Assembly: GCA_965219385.1 (NCBI GenBank)
Contig: CBDCNM010000002.1
Span: 1,668,936 to 1,732,935 of the forward strand
Origin: Candidatus Latescibacterota bacterium
GTDB taxonomy: Bacteria > Latescibacterota > UBA2968 > UBA8231
DNA length: 64,000 bases
Direction: 5' to 3'
The position numbers and the translations under genes were made by a program. This document shows, piece after piece, positions 49,095 through 58,076 of the stretch. Below the pieces are notes generated by a model, which had not been told where the DNA came from, searched no databases, and was given only the letters and a program-made list of their open reading frames with translations. Positions within the stretch are counted from its first letter, which is position 1. Every line of letters starts with the position of its first letter.

Positions 49095-52000
49095 CTAACT
49101 TTTTTCTCCAATCAACGCAATTTCCTGCTCGGTCAAGCCGTACAGCGCATACACCAGCCGATCTATCTCCGCTTCCTGCTCGCCGGTGTCCACCGACGGG
49201 TCGGTCGCTTTGGCCGTCAGGATGCGGTCAACCAAGCGGATGAACGGGCGTTGCTCTGTGGCGGGGATTTTGGGGATGGGCAGGCGTTCGATGAACATCG
49301 GCTTGTATTCGTAATAGCCCCCGTCTCTTTCCACGCCAATCAGCCGAAAGTACCAATCTAGTAGCTTTGAGTTGAGTGCTGCCAATAGATAATGATTGAA
49401 TGGCGTCAAGATCGTAGTAGGCGCGCTCACGAACATATCTTGAGGCGCGTAAGAAAACTTGGCCTGATTAGATAAGTTGCCCCACGCAATTTTTTCTTTG
49501 GCGAAATCTTCGTGGTAGTTAGCCCCCCACCGCTGGAGAGCATACCATTCGTACCGAATTCCGGTTTCCGATTTACTTCTAGAGCTCAGGCCGGACTTAT
49601 GTGAAAGTAGATGCCGATAAATCGCCGGATATTGTCCCTTGAACAAATCCTCTGCCTGACTACTGCTTCCCTTGATTGCTGAATCCAAATGTAATGGAAA
49701 ATGCCAAGGGATATTGATCAGCCACAAGCCGGCCCATTTTACCCGGTAGCGCTGTATATCCTGCCCGCGCAACACCGGCTTGATGATGTCCGCGGAGTTG
49801 AGGTCTTCCCCAATCAACGCCTCTTTGATCGCATCGTCAATGATGAAGGCATCATTGCAACCAGTGATGATCCCACGATTGATCTTCACACTCCAATTTT
49901 TCAGCGGCGTTCCGACGGCTTCCATCTTTTCTTTTATACACTGTTTCGTCCCTGACAATACAATCCAAGTATTGCCGCTTTTAGGGCGAATACGCGTCCA
50001 TTCAGTTGGCGGAAATTGCTGTGTCGCTGAACGCATATCGGACGCTTGCAGCACGTTCTCGTTGGATGACCGATTGACGATCAGGATGCAGGTATTGACC
50101 GTTGCATTGTCAAACACATCTGCGCCAAGGTTGACCAGCCGTATCGGATTTTGATTTTCGATGAACTGTCGCAAGATCCGCCCGCTGTCAACGCGCATCC
50201 ACTGATTGGACGATATAAAGCAAACATACCCGGTACGCTGTTTCAGCAGATTCACCCCCTTCTCGTAGAAAAGCTGGTAAATATCGCCGGTGCGGGCGAA
50301 AGTTGCGTAGCCGGTATCCTTGTAGAGGTTGCCCAGTTCGCCGCCGTTCTTCTGCAACTGAATGTACGGCGGATTCCCAATCACCACATCAAACCCATCG
50401 GCGACCCCAAACATATACTCAGCGTCAAAATACTCAGCCTTAGCATTCTGATCGTAAGGGTTCCAGCGAGCAATTTTGTCCGCAGCGGCAGCAGGCATCC
50501 CAATCTGCCTCAGTTCCCCCGCCAAAGCATCCCGTAGTTCCTCATCTCTCGCACGGCATCGCAGTTTTGCCTGGCGATTGGTCGCGTGAAAGTGCCGCTC
50601 GCGGTTCGCGTGCAATTTGTGCTCCAGCCCTTGCACTTTCTCGCTGCTCAACATGCGCTCGCCGAGACCGAGCAAGGTGTTCGCTGCCACAAACCGAGTT
50701 TCCAAGTTGGGTAGCGGCTGGATGCCGAAATTGTCGTCTTTGTTGCCGTTGGGTTCCTGCTCAATCGCGAGCGAAATGAAGAAGCGCAGCTTGGCAATCT
50801 GGCAAGCGATGGGCTGAATGTCCACGCCAAAAATGCTGTTCTGAACAAGGTACAGCTTGCGCCCAAAATCCGAGTCGCGGTAGCGCTCAAATGTCTCGCT
50901 GATCTCCTTCAGTTCGGCGTCTCGTTCCCGTTGATTATGGGTATCAAAAGCAGCAGTAGCACGTTGCCCGGCCAGTTCCTTTTGCAGCCCCTCCCACCGC
51001 TTGTTCTCCGGGTCGAGGCGGCGCAGAGCCAGCGTCAGCTTGTGTAGCGCACCCATGGGGAAGGCACCAGAGCCGACGGCCGGGTCGAGAATTTTGATCT
51101 CAGCGATGGCGCGCACCAAGCCGTCAGTTTCGTCCTCGTCAAAGAGTTCGTTCGCTTCGTCAAAGGCGTCCTCGTAGTCCAACAGATAATGGAGCCGGTC
51201 CCGCCAAGATGCGCTGTCGCCATCCGCCGGTCGGCTTTTGGACGCCAACGTCTCCACCGCTGCCTCGTCCACCATGTAGTCCACCACGGCGCGGGGCGTG
51301 TAGTAGGAGCCGGTTTGCTTACGCGCCGTCTCGCGCGTCTCCGGGTTGTAAGCCGCCAGCAAGTTCTCAAAGACCTTGCCGAGTAGTTCCGGGTCCAGGG
51401 CGACTTCCTTCTCTATGGGCGTGTTTTCCTCCACCGTGAACTTGTAGTGGTTGAGCAGAGTAATCAGCCCGTCGTCATCGAAGAACAGGTGGTTGGGAAC
51501 GCTCAAGTTTTTGTAATGCACATCGGAAAAACAATCGATGCGCCAGCCGCCATAGCCGGTGGCCTCCTCGCTGTCCAGGCAATCGAACAGGCCGCCGTTG
51601 ATGAACGGCGTTTGGGCGAACAGGTCCAGCAGCGCGTCCGGGTTGCTGATTTCCCGTTTGTAGCGATACAGCGAAAAATTTCGGTGCGTGGCGTTTTGCG
51701 CTTTGCTGAAACCGCGCTTGTTGATCTCGGTGTTCAGGGTGGCGAAGAACAGGTTTTGCAGGACGGCGCGGTAGTAGGAATCGCCGCTATCCCGGTCGTA
51801 GTTTTTTAACAGGTCAGCAACTTGCGCCTCGATGAATAGGTCGCCGACAATCAGCCCCTTCTCCTTGATGAACCAGACGAACAGCAGGCGGGTGATGAGG
51901 CGGATGACGTGCTCTTCGGCGGGCAGGGTCCGGGCTTGATCGGTGGGAAACCGGGCCTCTTTGACGGCGCGGTCGAACCAGACGAACAAATCCTGGTAGA

Positions 52001-52721
52001 ACCGCCGGTTGAGTTCCTCGGTGTCCAGTTTGTCCAACCAGGCGGCCAGCAGGCCGTCAAAATTGTGCGGCCTATTGCGGATGTCCATCCATTTCGCGCA
52101 CTCGGTCAGCGACAGCTCGGCCAAAATGTCCAGATGGGCGCGGTGGGGATTGGCCGGGTCAATCTCCCGTATCAGCGACACACGGCCCAGCACATCGCGC
52201 TCCGGGTCGTGCTTGTGCTCGCGGCGATGCACAAAGGCCAGGGTGAGCAGGTTGTCGGCAGTTTTGAACAGAACGACCGTAGGTTGGCTCAGGCGCTTGT
52301 TGATCTCGCGGGTGAATTGGGCGTACTGGCCGCGAGCATAGGTTGCTTCCTTGAGTTCCACGGCGAAGAAGATAAAGCTCTGCTGCTGTCCCTTGTCGAA
52401 GGAAGCGGTCTCAAACCCAAGCGTCGGCTGATCGAATGAGGCGATTTCGTCGTCGGTAAGCTGAAAGACGAACTGCACGGATCGGACGTTTTCGCGGAAT
52501 ACCTGCTCTGTCCTGGTGTTTTCTTTTGGGGCGGGAAACTGCGCAATGAAATCGGCAACAGCGCCCGTCTGTCCAGGCAGGGTGCGCTCGCTGCGGTAGC
52601 CGAGAGTGGCCAGCAGGTCTTTGGTCGCCTCCAAGAAATCGCTGGCTGGCATCGCTGCCAAAGTGGATTGCAGGGCCTCCAGCAGATTGTCAGTGCTCAT
52701 ATCCTCTTTTACGCTGCCCAT
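49095..52721 (-). CDS. Type IIG/Eco57I-like N6-adenine DNA methyltransferase with TaqI-like target recognition domain
   Basis: 'PFINGGLF', 'DPELLGKVFENLL', 'TGSYYTP', motif I 'LDPAVGSGAF', motif IV 'IGNPPY', TRD 'KPVLRG.DI.RY', 'LNSKL..W', 'IDRLVY.LYGLT'. Confidence 0.9.
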   Translation of the reverse strand: MGSVKEDMSTDNLLEALQSTLAAMPASDFLEATKDLLATLGYRSERTLPGQTGAVADFIAQFPAPKENTRTEQVFRENVRSVQFVFQLTDDEIASFDQPTLGFETASFDKGQQQSFIFFAVELKEATYARGQYAQFTREINKRLSQPTVVLFKTADNLLTLAFVHRREHKHDPERDVLGRVSLIREIDPANPHRAHLDILAELSLTECAKWMDIRNRPHNFDGLLAAWLDKLDTEELNRRFYQDLFVWFDRAVKEARFPTDQARTLPAEEHVIRLITRLLFVWFIKEKGLIVGDLFIEAQVADLLKNYDRDSGDSYYRAVLQNLFFATLNTEINKRGFSKAQNATHRNFSLYRYKREISNPDALLDLFAQTPFINGGLFDCLDSEEATGYGGWRIDCFSDVHYKNLSVPNHLFFDDDGLITLLNHYKFTVEENTPIEKEVALDPELLGKVFENLLAAYNPETRETARKQTGSYYTPRAVVDYMVDEAAVETLASKSRPADGDSASWRDRLHYLLDYEDAFDEANELFDEDETDGLVRAIAEIKILDPAVGSGAFPMGALHKLTLALRRLDPENKRWEGLQKELAGQRATAAFDTHNQRERDAELKEISETFERYRDSDFGRKLYLVQNSIFGVDIQPIACQIAKLRFFISLAIEQEPNGNKDDNFGIQPLPNLETRFVAANTLLGLGERMLSSEKVQGLEHKLHANRERHFHATNRQAKLRCRARDEELRDALAGELRQIGMPAAAADKIARWNPYDQNAKAEYFDAEYMFGVADGFDVVIGNPPYIQLQKNGGELGNLYKDTGYATFARTGDIYQLFYEKGVNLLKQRTGYVCFISSNQWMRVDSGRILRQFIENQNPIRLVNLGADVFDNATVNTCILIVNRSSNENVLQASDMRSATQQFPPTEWTRIRPKSGNTWIVLSGTKQCIKEKMEAVGTPLKNWSVKINRGIITGCNDAFIIDDAIKEALIGEDLNSADIIKPVLRGQDIQRYRVKWAGLWLINIPWHFPLHLDSAIKGSSSQAEDLFKGQYPAIYRHLLSHKSGLSSRSKSETGIRYEWYALQRWGANYHEDFAKEKIAWGNLSNQAKFSYAPQDMFVSAPTTILTPFNHYLLAALNSKLLDWYFRLIGVERDGGYYEYKPMFIERLPIPKIPATEQRPFIRLVDRILTAKATDPSVDTGEQEAEIDRLVYALYGLTEQEIALIGEKS

Positions 52722-52759
52722 GTTGTCTCTTTCCTTGTGCCCATCGTTCGGGCCGCAGG

Positions 52760-53770
52760 TCACGCGTCCCCGAGATTGATTCTTTGTACGATCTTCTTCG
52801 CCAAATCCCTGAAATCCCGGCGCGCGTCGTTTGCCGCGGCGGCATGGCTGCCAATGGCGCCGTCGGCTGTGGTGAGGTGGAAAATGGGCTTGCGCGCTTC
52901 CTGAGCCATCGGCACCAAGCTCCGGTAGTGCTTAACGGTGGCGAGGGCATGTTCTTCATCCTGTGCCGGTGTCGCGGGGTACGGTCCTTCGTTATCGCCG
53001 CACAGGTTGCGGGCGTATTCTTCCGGCATTCGATTGACCCACTTGTCATACGCCCTGACGGGACGGTTCAGGCGGACGCCGTGCTGTTGCACCACATAGC
53101 CGACGGGTTGCATCTCCCCATCCGGCAGTGGAAAGTCCGGTTGCTCCCAGTTGCCCCTTCGCCGCTGCCAGTCTTGCCGCCACCGATCCAGCGTCGGGCC
53201 GAGGTTGCGCAGGCCCTGGAGCGAAAACAGGTCGGCGCCCAGCGGAACGATGATGTAATCGGTGGCAATCAGCGCGGAGCGATTAATCGCACCGAGATTG
53301 GGGCCGACGTCGGCCAGGATGACCGAGGCATTCATCTTGGCGGCCCCAGACTGCATGACGGTCGAAAAGGCGGTCAAAATGCGGAAGGGGCGGTACAGCT
53401 CGCTAGAACCCAATGCGTTAGGCCATTCTGACGACAGAGTATCTTCAAATCCGGCCAGGGCCAGATCTCCCGGTATCAGGCACAGCGTAGGGGTAATTTT
53501 CGCGAGCCTCGGGTCTTTGATGTCGCCAACTTTTGTCAGAGGCCGGACGCATTGCAGGATAGTCCGCGCAGATGCATCATTGCCGTCGTCCCACAGCTTT
53601 TCCAACTGTTCTTCATTCAGAAATGCAGCGGTGAGGCTCGCCTGCGGGTCGAGGTCGCAGGCCAGCACCCGATAACCACTGTCGGACAGCATCCACGCCA
53701 GATGATAGACAAGCGAGGTCTTGCCGACCCCCCCCTTGTTGTTGAAGAAAGTCAAAACGGGAACGGTCAT
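52760..53770 (-). CDS. ParA/Soj family ATPase (defence-island type)
   Basis: Deviant Walker A 'FFNNKGGVGKT', 'DLDPQA', 'D.GPNLGAINRSAL'. Confidence 0.9.
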   Translation of the reverse strand: MTVPVLTFFNNKGGVGKTSLVYHLAWMLSDSGYRVLACDLDPQASLTAAFLNEEQLEKLWDDGNDASARTILQCVRPLTKVGDIKDPRLAKITPTLCLIPGDLALAGFEDTLSSEWPNALGSSELYRPFRILTAFSTVMQSGAAKMNASVILADVGPNLGAINRSALIATDYIIVPLGADLFSLQGLRNLGPTLDRWRQDWQRRRGNWEQPDFPLPDGEMQPVGYVVQQHGVRLNRPVRAYDKWVNRMPEEYARNLCGDNEGPYPATPAQDEEHALATVKHYRSLVPMAQEARKPIFHLTTADGAIGSHAAAANDARRDFRDLAKKIVQRINLGDA

Positions 53771-54769
53771 TATTCTGCTCCCCCCGGGTTTTGCCTAACC
53801 TTTATCGTTACCACCACGAAATTATCGGAAATATCAAATTCAGGTTCTGGATGTCCCGCGGCCGCTAGCTGCTGTTTGGCTATTGGTATTCCTACGCCAA
53901 AACGCTGGACATATCCCAGCGTTCTCATGGATTCTGCCAGGTTGGGGTTGCGGTAATCAGTATATCCGGGCTGACCGAAATTCTCAGCATTTACCGTCCC
54001 GAACGCACCGCCGGGGCTCAGGACCTCAATGCGGTCATTGAACCAAGTGATGCGGACGGGAGTATTGGTTCCTTCATAAGTCCTGTGCATCACTGCGTTG
54101 CGGGTGATCTGGTGCAGCGCTTCCATGGGATACAGCTCAGTTCGTTGTTCAATGTAGTTCGTTGTGATATCCACAGCGATGCGATTGTGGGCTTTCAGTT
54201 TCTCATCCAGACGGCGGAGCAGGTCCGGAATGGCGCCGCCGATTTCCTCGCTGTCAAGAATATCATCCGTTAGCTCGCGGCCATTAATTTTGAGGAATTG
54301 CACATAAGCACCTGGCAGAAAATCCTGCGGGTTTTTGCCGATCGTGAGTATGCCCAGCACGGTCGCGGTGGGCTGGTCAGCGGCGACGATCATTTTTGTC
54401 GCTGCCAGTTGCTCATTCAGGCTGCGGTCGTTTACTGCCAGTACCTCATCCGGAAATGCTGCGGTTAAGTATTCGTTCTCAAACCGGGTCAGATTGAGGT
54501 CGGACAAGCCAGCGGTCGGGATTGGCTGGATGTCAAAGGGGCGGTCGCCGTGCCGTCGCTTTTCGTTGAGCATCCTTTCATCCTGTGCCGTGGCGATGCC
54601 GCGGCGAGGGCCGATGCGGACATGGATGACACCTTTGCAGCGAACCGGTGGCGAGTTGGAGGGTTGCACTATGATCACCGCAACTTCCTTGCCTTGCAGC
54701 CTGCGCTTCTCCACCGTCAGTGAGGGCGGAGGTACGATATTGCCGTCGGTCTTCTGTAAAATCTGGCAT
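53770..54769 (-). pseudogene. AlbA_2/Schlafen-like plus HATPase_c_4 'ATP-binding' protein with N-terminal deletion
   Basis: 'YP.EAL.Q...NAVMHRTY', 'DRIEV.SPGG', 'YRNPNLAE....LGYVQRFGVGI'. The apparent start MPDFTE (54769) is out of frame with the following KTDGNIVPPP, and most of the AlbA domain is missing. Confidence 0.7.
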
Positions 54770-54799
54770 TGCGATTGCTCCGCTCATGTTGACCTGTTA

Positions 54800-57700
54800 T
54801 CAGCCTGTGCGTTCAAGCACAACGAGCCAGGTTACCAGCTCAAAATCGTTGTTGTTCGGGTTGGCGGATTGTACGGGCAGCCTGAAGTCGCGCTGGTGGC
54901 CGTGAATGCCCAGTTGCCGTATCTGCGTGGCTCTGTCCGCCCCGACGATGTGGGCAATCACGGCGTTCAATAGTTTGTCGTAACGGGCCATGTCCTGGCC
55001 GTGCTTGGTTTCGTGGTCAAACTGGTCGCATAGCTTTTGCAACGGCTCGGTCTTGCCGAGGGCCGCCGATTCAAACAACTCCAGCACCTGCCGGGCATTG
55101 GCACAACCGTAGCGAATATCGCCGTTGTCGCGGATGTACACCGCATAGTACGGATGTATCGGGCTGGCGGCTTTTTCCCGCTTATCTGCGCCGGCGTTGC
55201 GCTGGCGCAGGAAAAATATCGCGCCCGGCCGTGCGGCACCGTCGGTTACTGCGTAGGCCCCGTAGGGCGTTGCCTCCAGTTCCGCCTTATTTTTCTCCAG
55301 ATACCGCAACAATTGGGCAAAAAAGTAATCGAGCGTAAAGTCGCTCATGACGACGCCGTCGGACAGTTCGTCCAGGTCCAGCACCTCTTCGCGCATTTTC
55401 TTTAGTTGCTCGTCGCGGAAGTTCAGCTCCATCTGGACCTGCTCAGACGGGTCTTCGTTCAACGGATCGTCGTCGCCGCTGGCCGTGGCGTCCGCCAGGG
55501 CCATGCGCGCTTGTACGCGGCTTTGCAGGCGCAGATAGACCTCCATGTCCTTGGTGGGCCAGTAGTTGATCATCCGCACCGATTCGCTGCGGCTGCCGAT
55601 GCGGTCAATGCGCCCGAAGCGCTGGATGATACGCACCGGATTCCAGTGGATGTCGTAGTTGAGTACGGTATCGCAATCCTGAAGGTTCTGCCCCTCTGAG
55701 ATGCAATCGGTGGCAATCAGCAGGTCGATTTCGTCGGTGCTATTGGTCTGCACGCGTGCCCGCGGCGCGAAGTTGGTCAGAATGGCGTTGAAGTTGTTGG
55801 CACCGGAAGTTGTGCGCGTTGCGTCCCCAGAGACCAGCGCCATGTTCAGCCCCAGTTCGTTCGCCAAGTCCGCCAGGTTTTCGTAGAGGTATTCCGCCGT
55901 GTCCTTGAAGGTGGTAAACACCAGCAGCTTGCGGTTGGTCCGGCCGTCCTTGTCGGTCGTCGGGTGTTGTGCCTTGTCTCGAATGTGCGCCTTGATCTCT
56001 CGCAGCTTGCCGTCCCGCTCCGGCGTGATAATGCTGACCCGTTTATGGACCGCCTCCAAGGTCTTCTCGTCCTTCAGCAAGTCCTTTTTCCAGCGGGGCA
56101 AATCCAACTCGCGCAGATGGTAGGGGGTGCGTGCCCGATTGATCAGAAATTCCTCGTCATCGTCGTCGTCATCCGGGAGGATGTCCGCTTGCTCGTCCAA
56201 CAGCAGGTTTTGCTCATAGCGGTCTATCTTCTCTAGCAGGTCTTTAATCTTGCCGATAGTGCGCCCGAGCGTTTCTGTCAGGGAATGGGCCGAACTCTCC
56301 AGGCGTTTCAGAAAATTGACCCGTATCATGCCGATGAGGAAGCGCTCGCGATCTGCCTGATTAAAGCGTAGTTGCTTCTTTTCGTCCGCCAACCGTTTCT
56401 TGGCATCTGCGCTGGTAACGTAGCTTGACGGCCGGTAGATGGATAGGGCGAACTGCTCGATTTGTTCGGATAAATTTTTATATGAAAGTTCGTCCTCTAA
56501 ATCCGTCAGCGGATAGCGGTTCTCCGGCCGTTGCCGCGTGGGGAATTGGCCGATTTTGTCCATTTCTTCGGCGTAGAATCGCTTGATCTGCCGCCGCGAG
56601 CGAGCAATGGAAACACCGCCTAACAGCTTAGAAAAATCAGCGCCCAATTCCTCCAGTAATGTTGCCTTGTCTTTTCTGCCGCTCCTTTCCGCTTTGGTCT
56701 CCCATGCCTTAAACTCCTTTTGCGCCTGCCCCAGGAGAGAGCCGATATGGCCGATACCCAGATTTTCCTGGAACACATCCTCGCGCTTTTCGGTCATCAG
56801 ATAAATCTGATTGCGCAGGTCAATAAGCGAGGTATTGACCGGCGTCGCCGAAAGCATCAGCACCTTGGTTTGGGTCCCGGCTTGGATGACTTCTTCCAAT
56901 AACCGCGAGTAGCGGCTGTGGCGAACTCTGCCGTCGTCGTCGAGGCGGGGCTTGGAGTCATTGCGGAAATTGTGCGATTCGTCGATGACCACCATGTCAA
57001 AATTGCGCCAGTTGAAATTTGCCAGATCAATATCGCCGGCTTGCCCACTGCTGCGGGACAAGTCAGTGTGCGATAGCAAGGTGTAGCCAAAACGGTCATC
57101 AAGGAAGGGATTGCCAGTTTGGGCATTATAGGCTGGATACAGCGCCCAGTTTTCGTGCAATTTCTTGGGGCACAACACCAGCACCCGCTCGTTTTTCAGT
57201 TCAAAGAACTTGATAACCGCCAACGCCGTGTAGGTTTTCCCCAACCCCACGCTGTCGGCCAAAATGCAGCCGTTGTGCCGCAGCAGGCGGGCGATCGCGC
57301 TTTTGGCACCGTCTCTCTGGAAGCCGTACAGCGCGTCCCATATTTGGGTATCGTACAGGTGCGTATCCGCCAGTTGGCGTTCGCGGTTCTGTCGGTCTTC
57401 GATGTCCTGGCGGAACAGCTCGTAGAGGGTTTTGTAATAGATGAACTCCGGCGCGTGATCTTTGCCTATCCGCGCCAGCGCGTCGAGCACGTCCTTTTTC
57501 ACATCCTTGGTCAACGCCTTGTCCGCCCACAGGTCGTCAAACCACTCCCGCAGCTCGGCGCGTATTCCCAACTCGCCAGTCGCCAAGTTGATTTCCACGT
57601 TGGCACTCGTCCCGCAGCCCAAGCCGCTTCTGGTGAAGTTGGAGCTACCGACCACCACCGCGCCACCGCCGGCGGATTCGGCGAGATACATCTTGCCGTG

Positions 57701-58057
57701 CAGAAAGTTGGATTTGCCAATGGAACGGACTTTTACGCCCTGGCCGCACACCCATTCGGCGCACTGCCGCGCGAGATATTTCTGTTGCAACTGGTAATTC
57801 GGCGAAAGCCCGTCTTCGGTCAGGTCAAAGGATTTTTGCGCTTTCTCTCCGGGATCCAACTCGCCGACCGATGCCGGGTCGCCAAAGAGAAAGCGCACAT
57901 CCTCAACGCCGCACAATTCGCTTTGCAGGGCCTCGTACCCGTAAATGGTGAAATACGCCGACACCAAACGGAAAACCTCTGCCGTGGACAAATGCTCGCG
58001 CAGATAGTCGACGACCTTGCAGTCGCGATTGTCCAGAATGTGTTCGTATTTGGCCAT
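54800..58057 (-). CDS. PLD-nuclease / SNF2-family helicase fusion
   Basis: PLD 'LHGKMY...GSSNFT..GL...N.E.N', Walker A 'LADSVGLGKT', 'IDESHNFRN', 'LSATP', 'SEGQNLQ', 'QRFGRIDRIG'. Confidence 0.93.
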   Translation of the reverse strand: MAKYEHILDNRDCKVVDYLREHLSTAEVFRLVSAYFTIYGYEALQSELCGVEDVRFLFGDPASVGELDPGEKAQKSFDLTEDGLSPNYQLQQKYLARQCAEWVCGQGVKVRSIGKSNFLHGKMYLAESAGGGAVVVGSSNFTRSGLGCGTSANVEINLATGELGIRAELREWFDDLWADKALTKDVKKDVLDALARIGKDHAPEFIYYKTLYELFRQDIEDRQNRERQLADTHLYDTQIWDALYGFQRDGAKSAIARLLRHNGCILADSVGLGKTYTALAVIKFFELKNERVLVLCPKKLHENWALYPAYNAQTGNPFLDDRFGYTLLSHTDLSRSSGQAGDIDLANFNWRNFDMVVIDESHNFRNDSKPRLDDDGRVRHSRYSRLLEEVIQAGTQTKVLMLSATPVNTSLIDLRNQIYLMTEKREDVFQENLGIGHIGSLLGQAQKEFKAWETKAERSGRKDKATLLEELGADFSKLLGGVSIARSRRQIKRFYAEEMDKIGQFPTRQRPENRYPLTDLEDELSYKNLSEQIEQFALSIYRPSSYVTSADAKKRLADEKKQLRFNQADRERFLIGMIRVNFLKRLESSAHSLTETLGRTIGKIKDLLEKIDRYEQNLLLDEQADILPDDDDDDEEFLINRARTPYHLRELDLPRWKKDLLKDEKTLEAVHKRVSIITPERDGKLREIKAHIRDKAQHPTTDKDGRTNRKLLVFTTFKDTAEYLYENLADLANELGLNMALVSGDATRTTSGANNFNAILTNFAPRARVQTNSTDEIDLLIATDCISEGQNLQDCDTVLNYDIHWNPVRIIQRFGRIDRIGSRSESVRMINYWPTKDMEVYLRLQSRVQARMALADATASGDDDPLNEDPSEQVQMELNFRDEQLKKMREEVLDLDELSDGVVMSDFTLDYFFAQLLRYLEKNKAELEATPYGAYAVTDGAARPGAIFFLRQRNAGADKREKAASPIHPYYAVYIRDNGDIRYGCANARQVLELFESAALGKTEPLQKLCDQFDHETKHGQDMARYDKLLNAVIAHIVGADRATQIRQLGIHGHQRDFRLPVQSANPNNNDFELVTWLVVLERTG

Positions 58058-58076
58058 GTCGAGTAAGTGGAGCGCG

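Larger units (their letters stand above)
41270..58070 (-). other. Defence island (no integrase visible)
   Basis: Contiguous run of RM, toxin-antitoxin, TIR and PIN genes plus relics, all on the minus strand and visibly AT-richer than the flanks, especially 43241-49092. Confidence 0.8.

Noticed and set aside
46225..49253. Invertible shufflon of specificity domains
   Set aside because: The repeats are direct, the orphan copies carry no TRD, and no invertase is present.
52760..53770. ParA as evidence of a plasmid or prophage
   Set aside because: No parB, rep, integrase or phage genes are present, and the flanks are chromosomal.
49095..58057. Complete DISARM or BREX system
   Set aside because: Core genes (drmA/drmB; brxC/pglZ) are not in the window.
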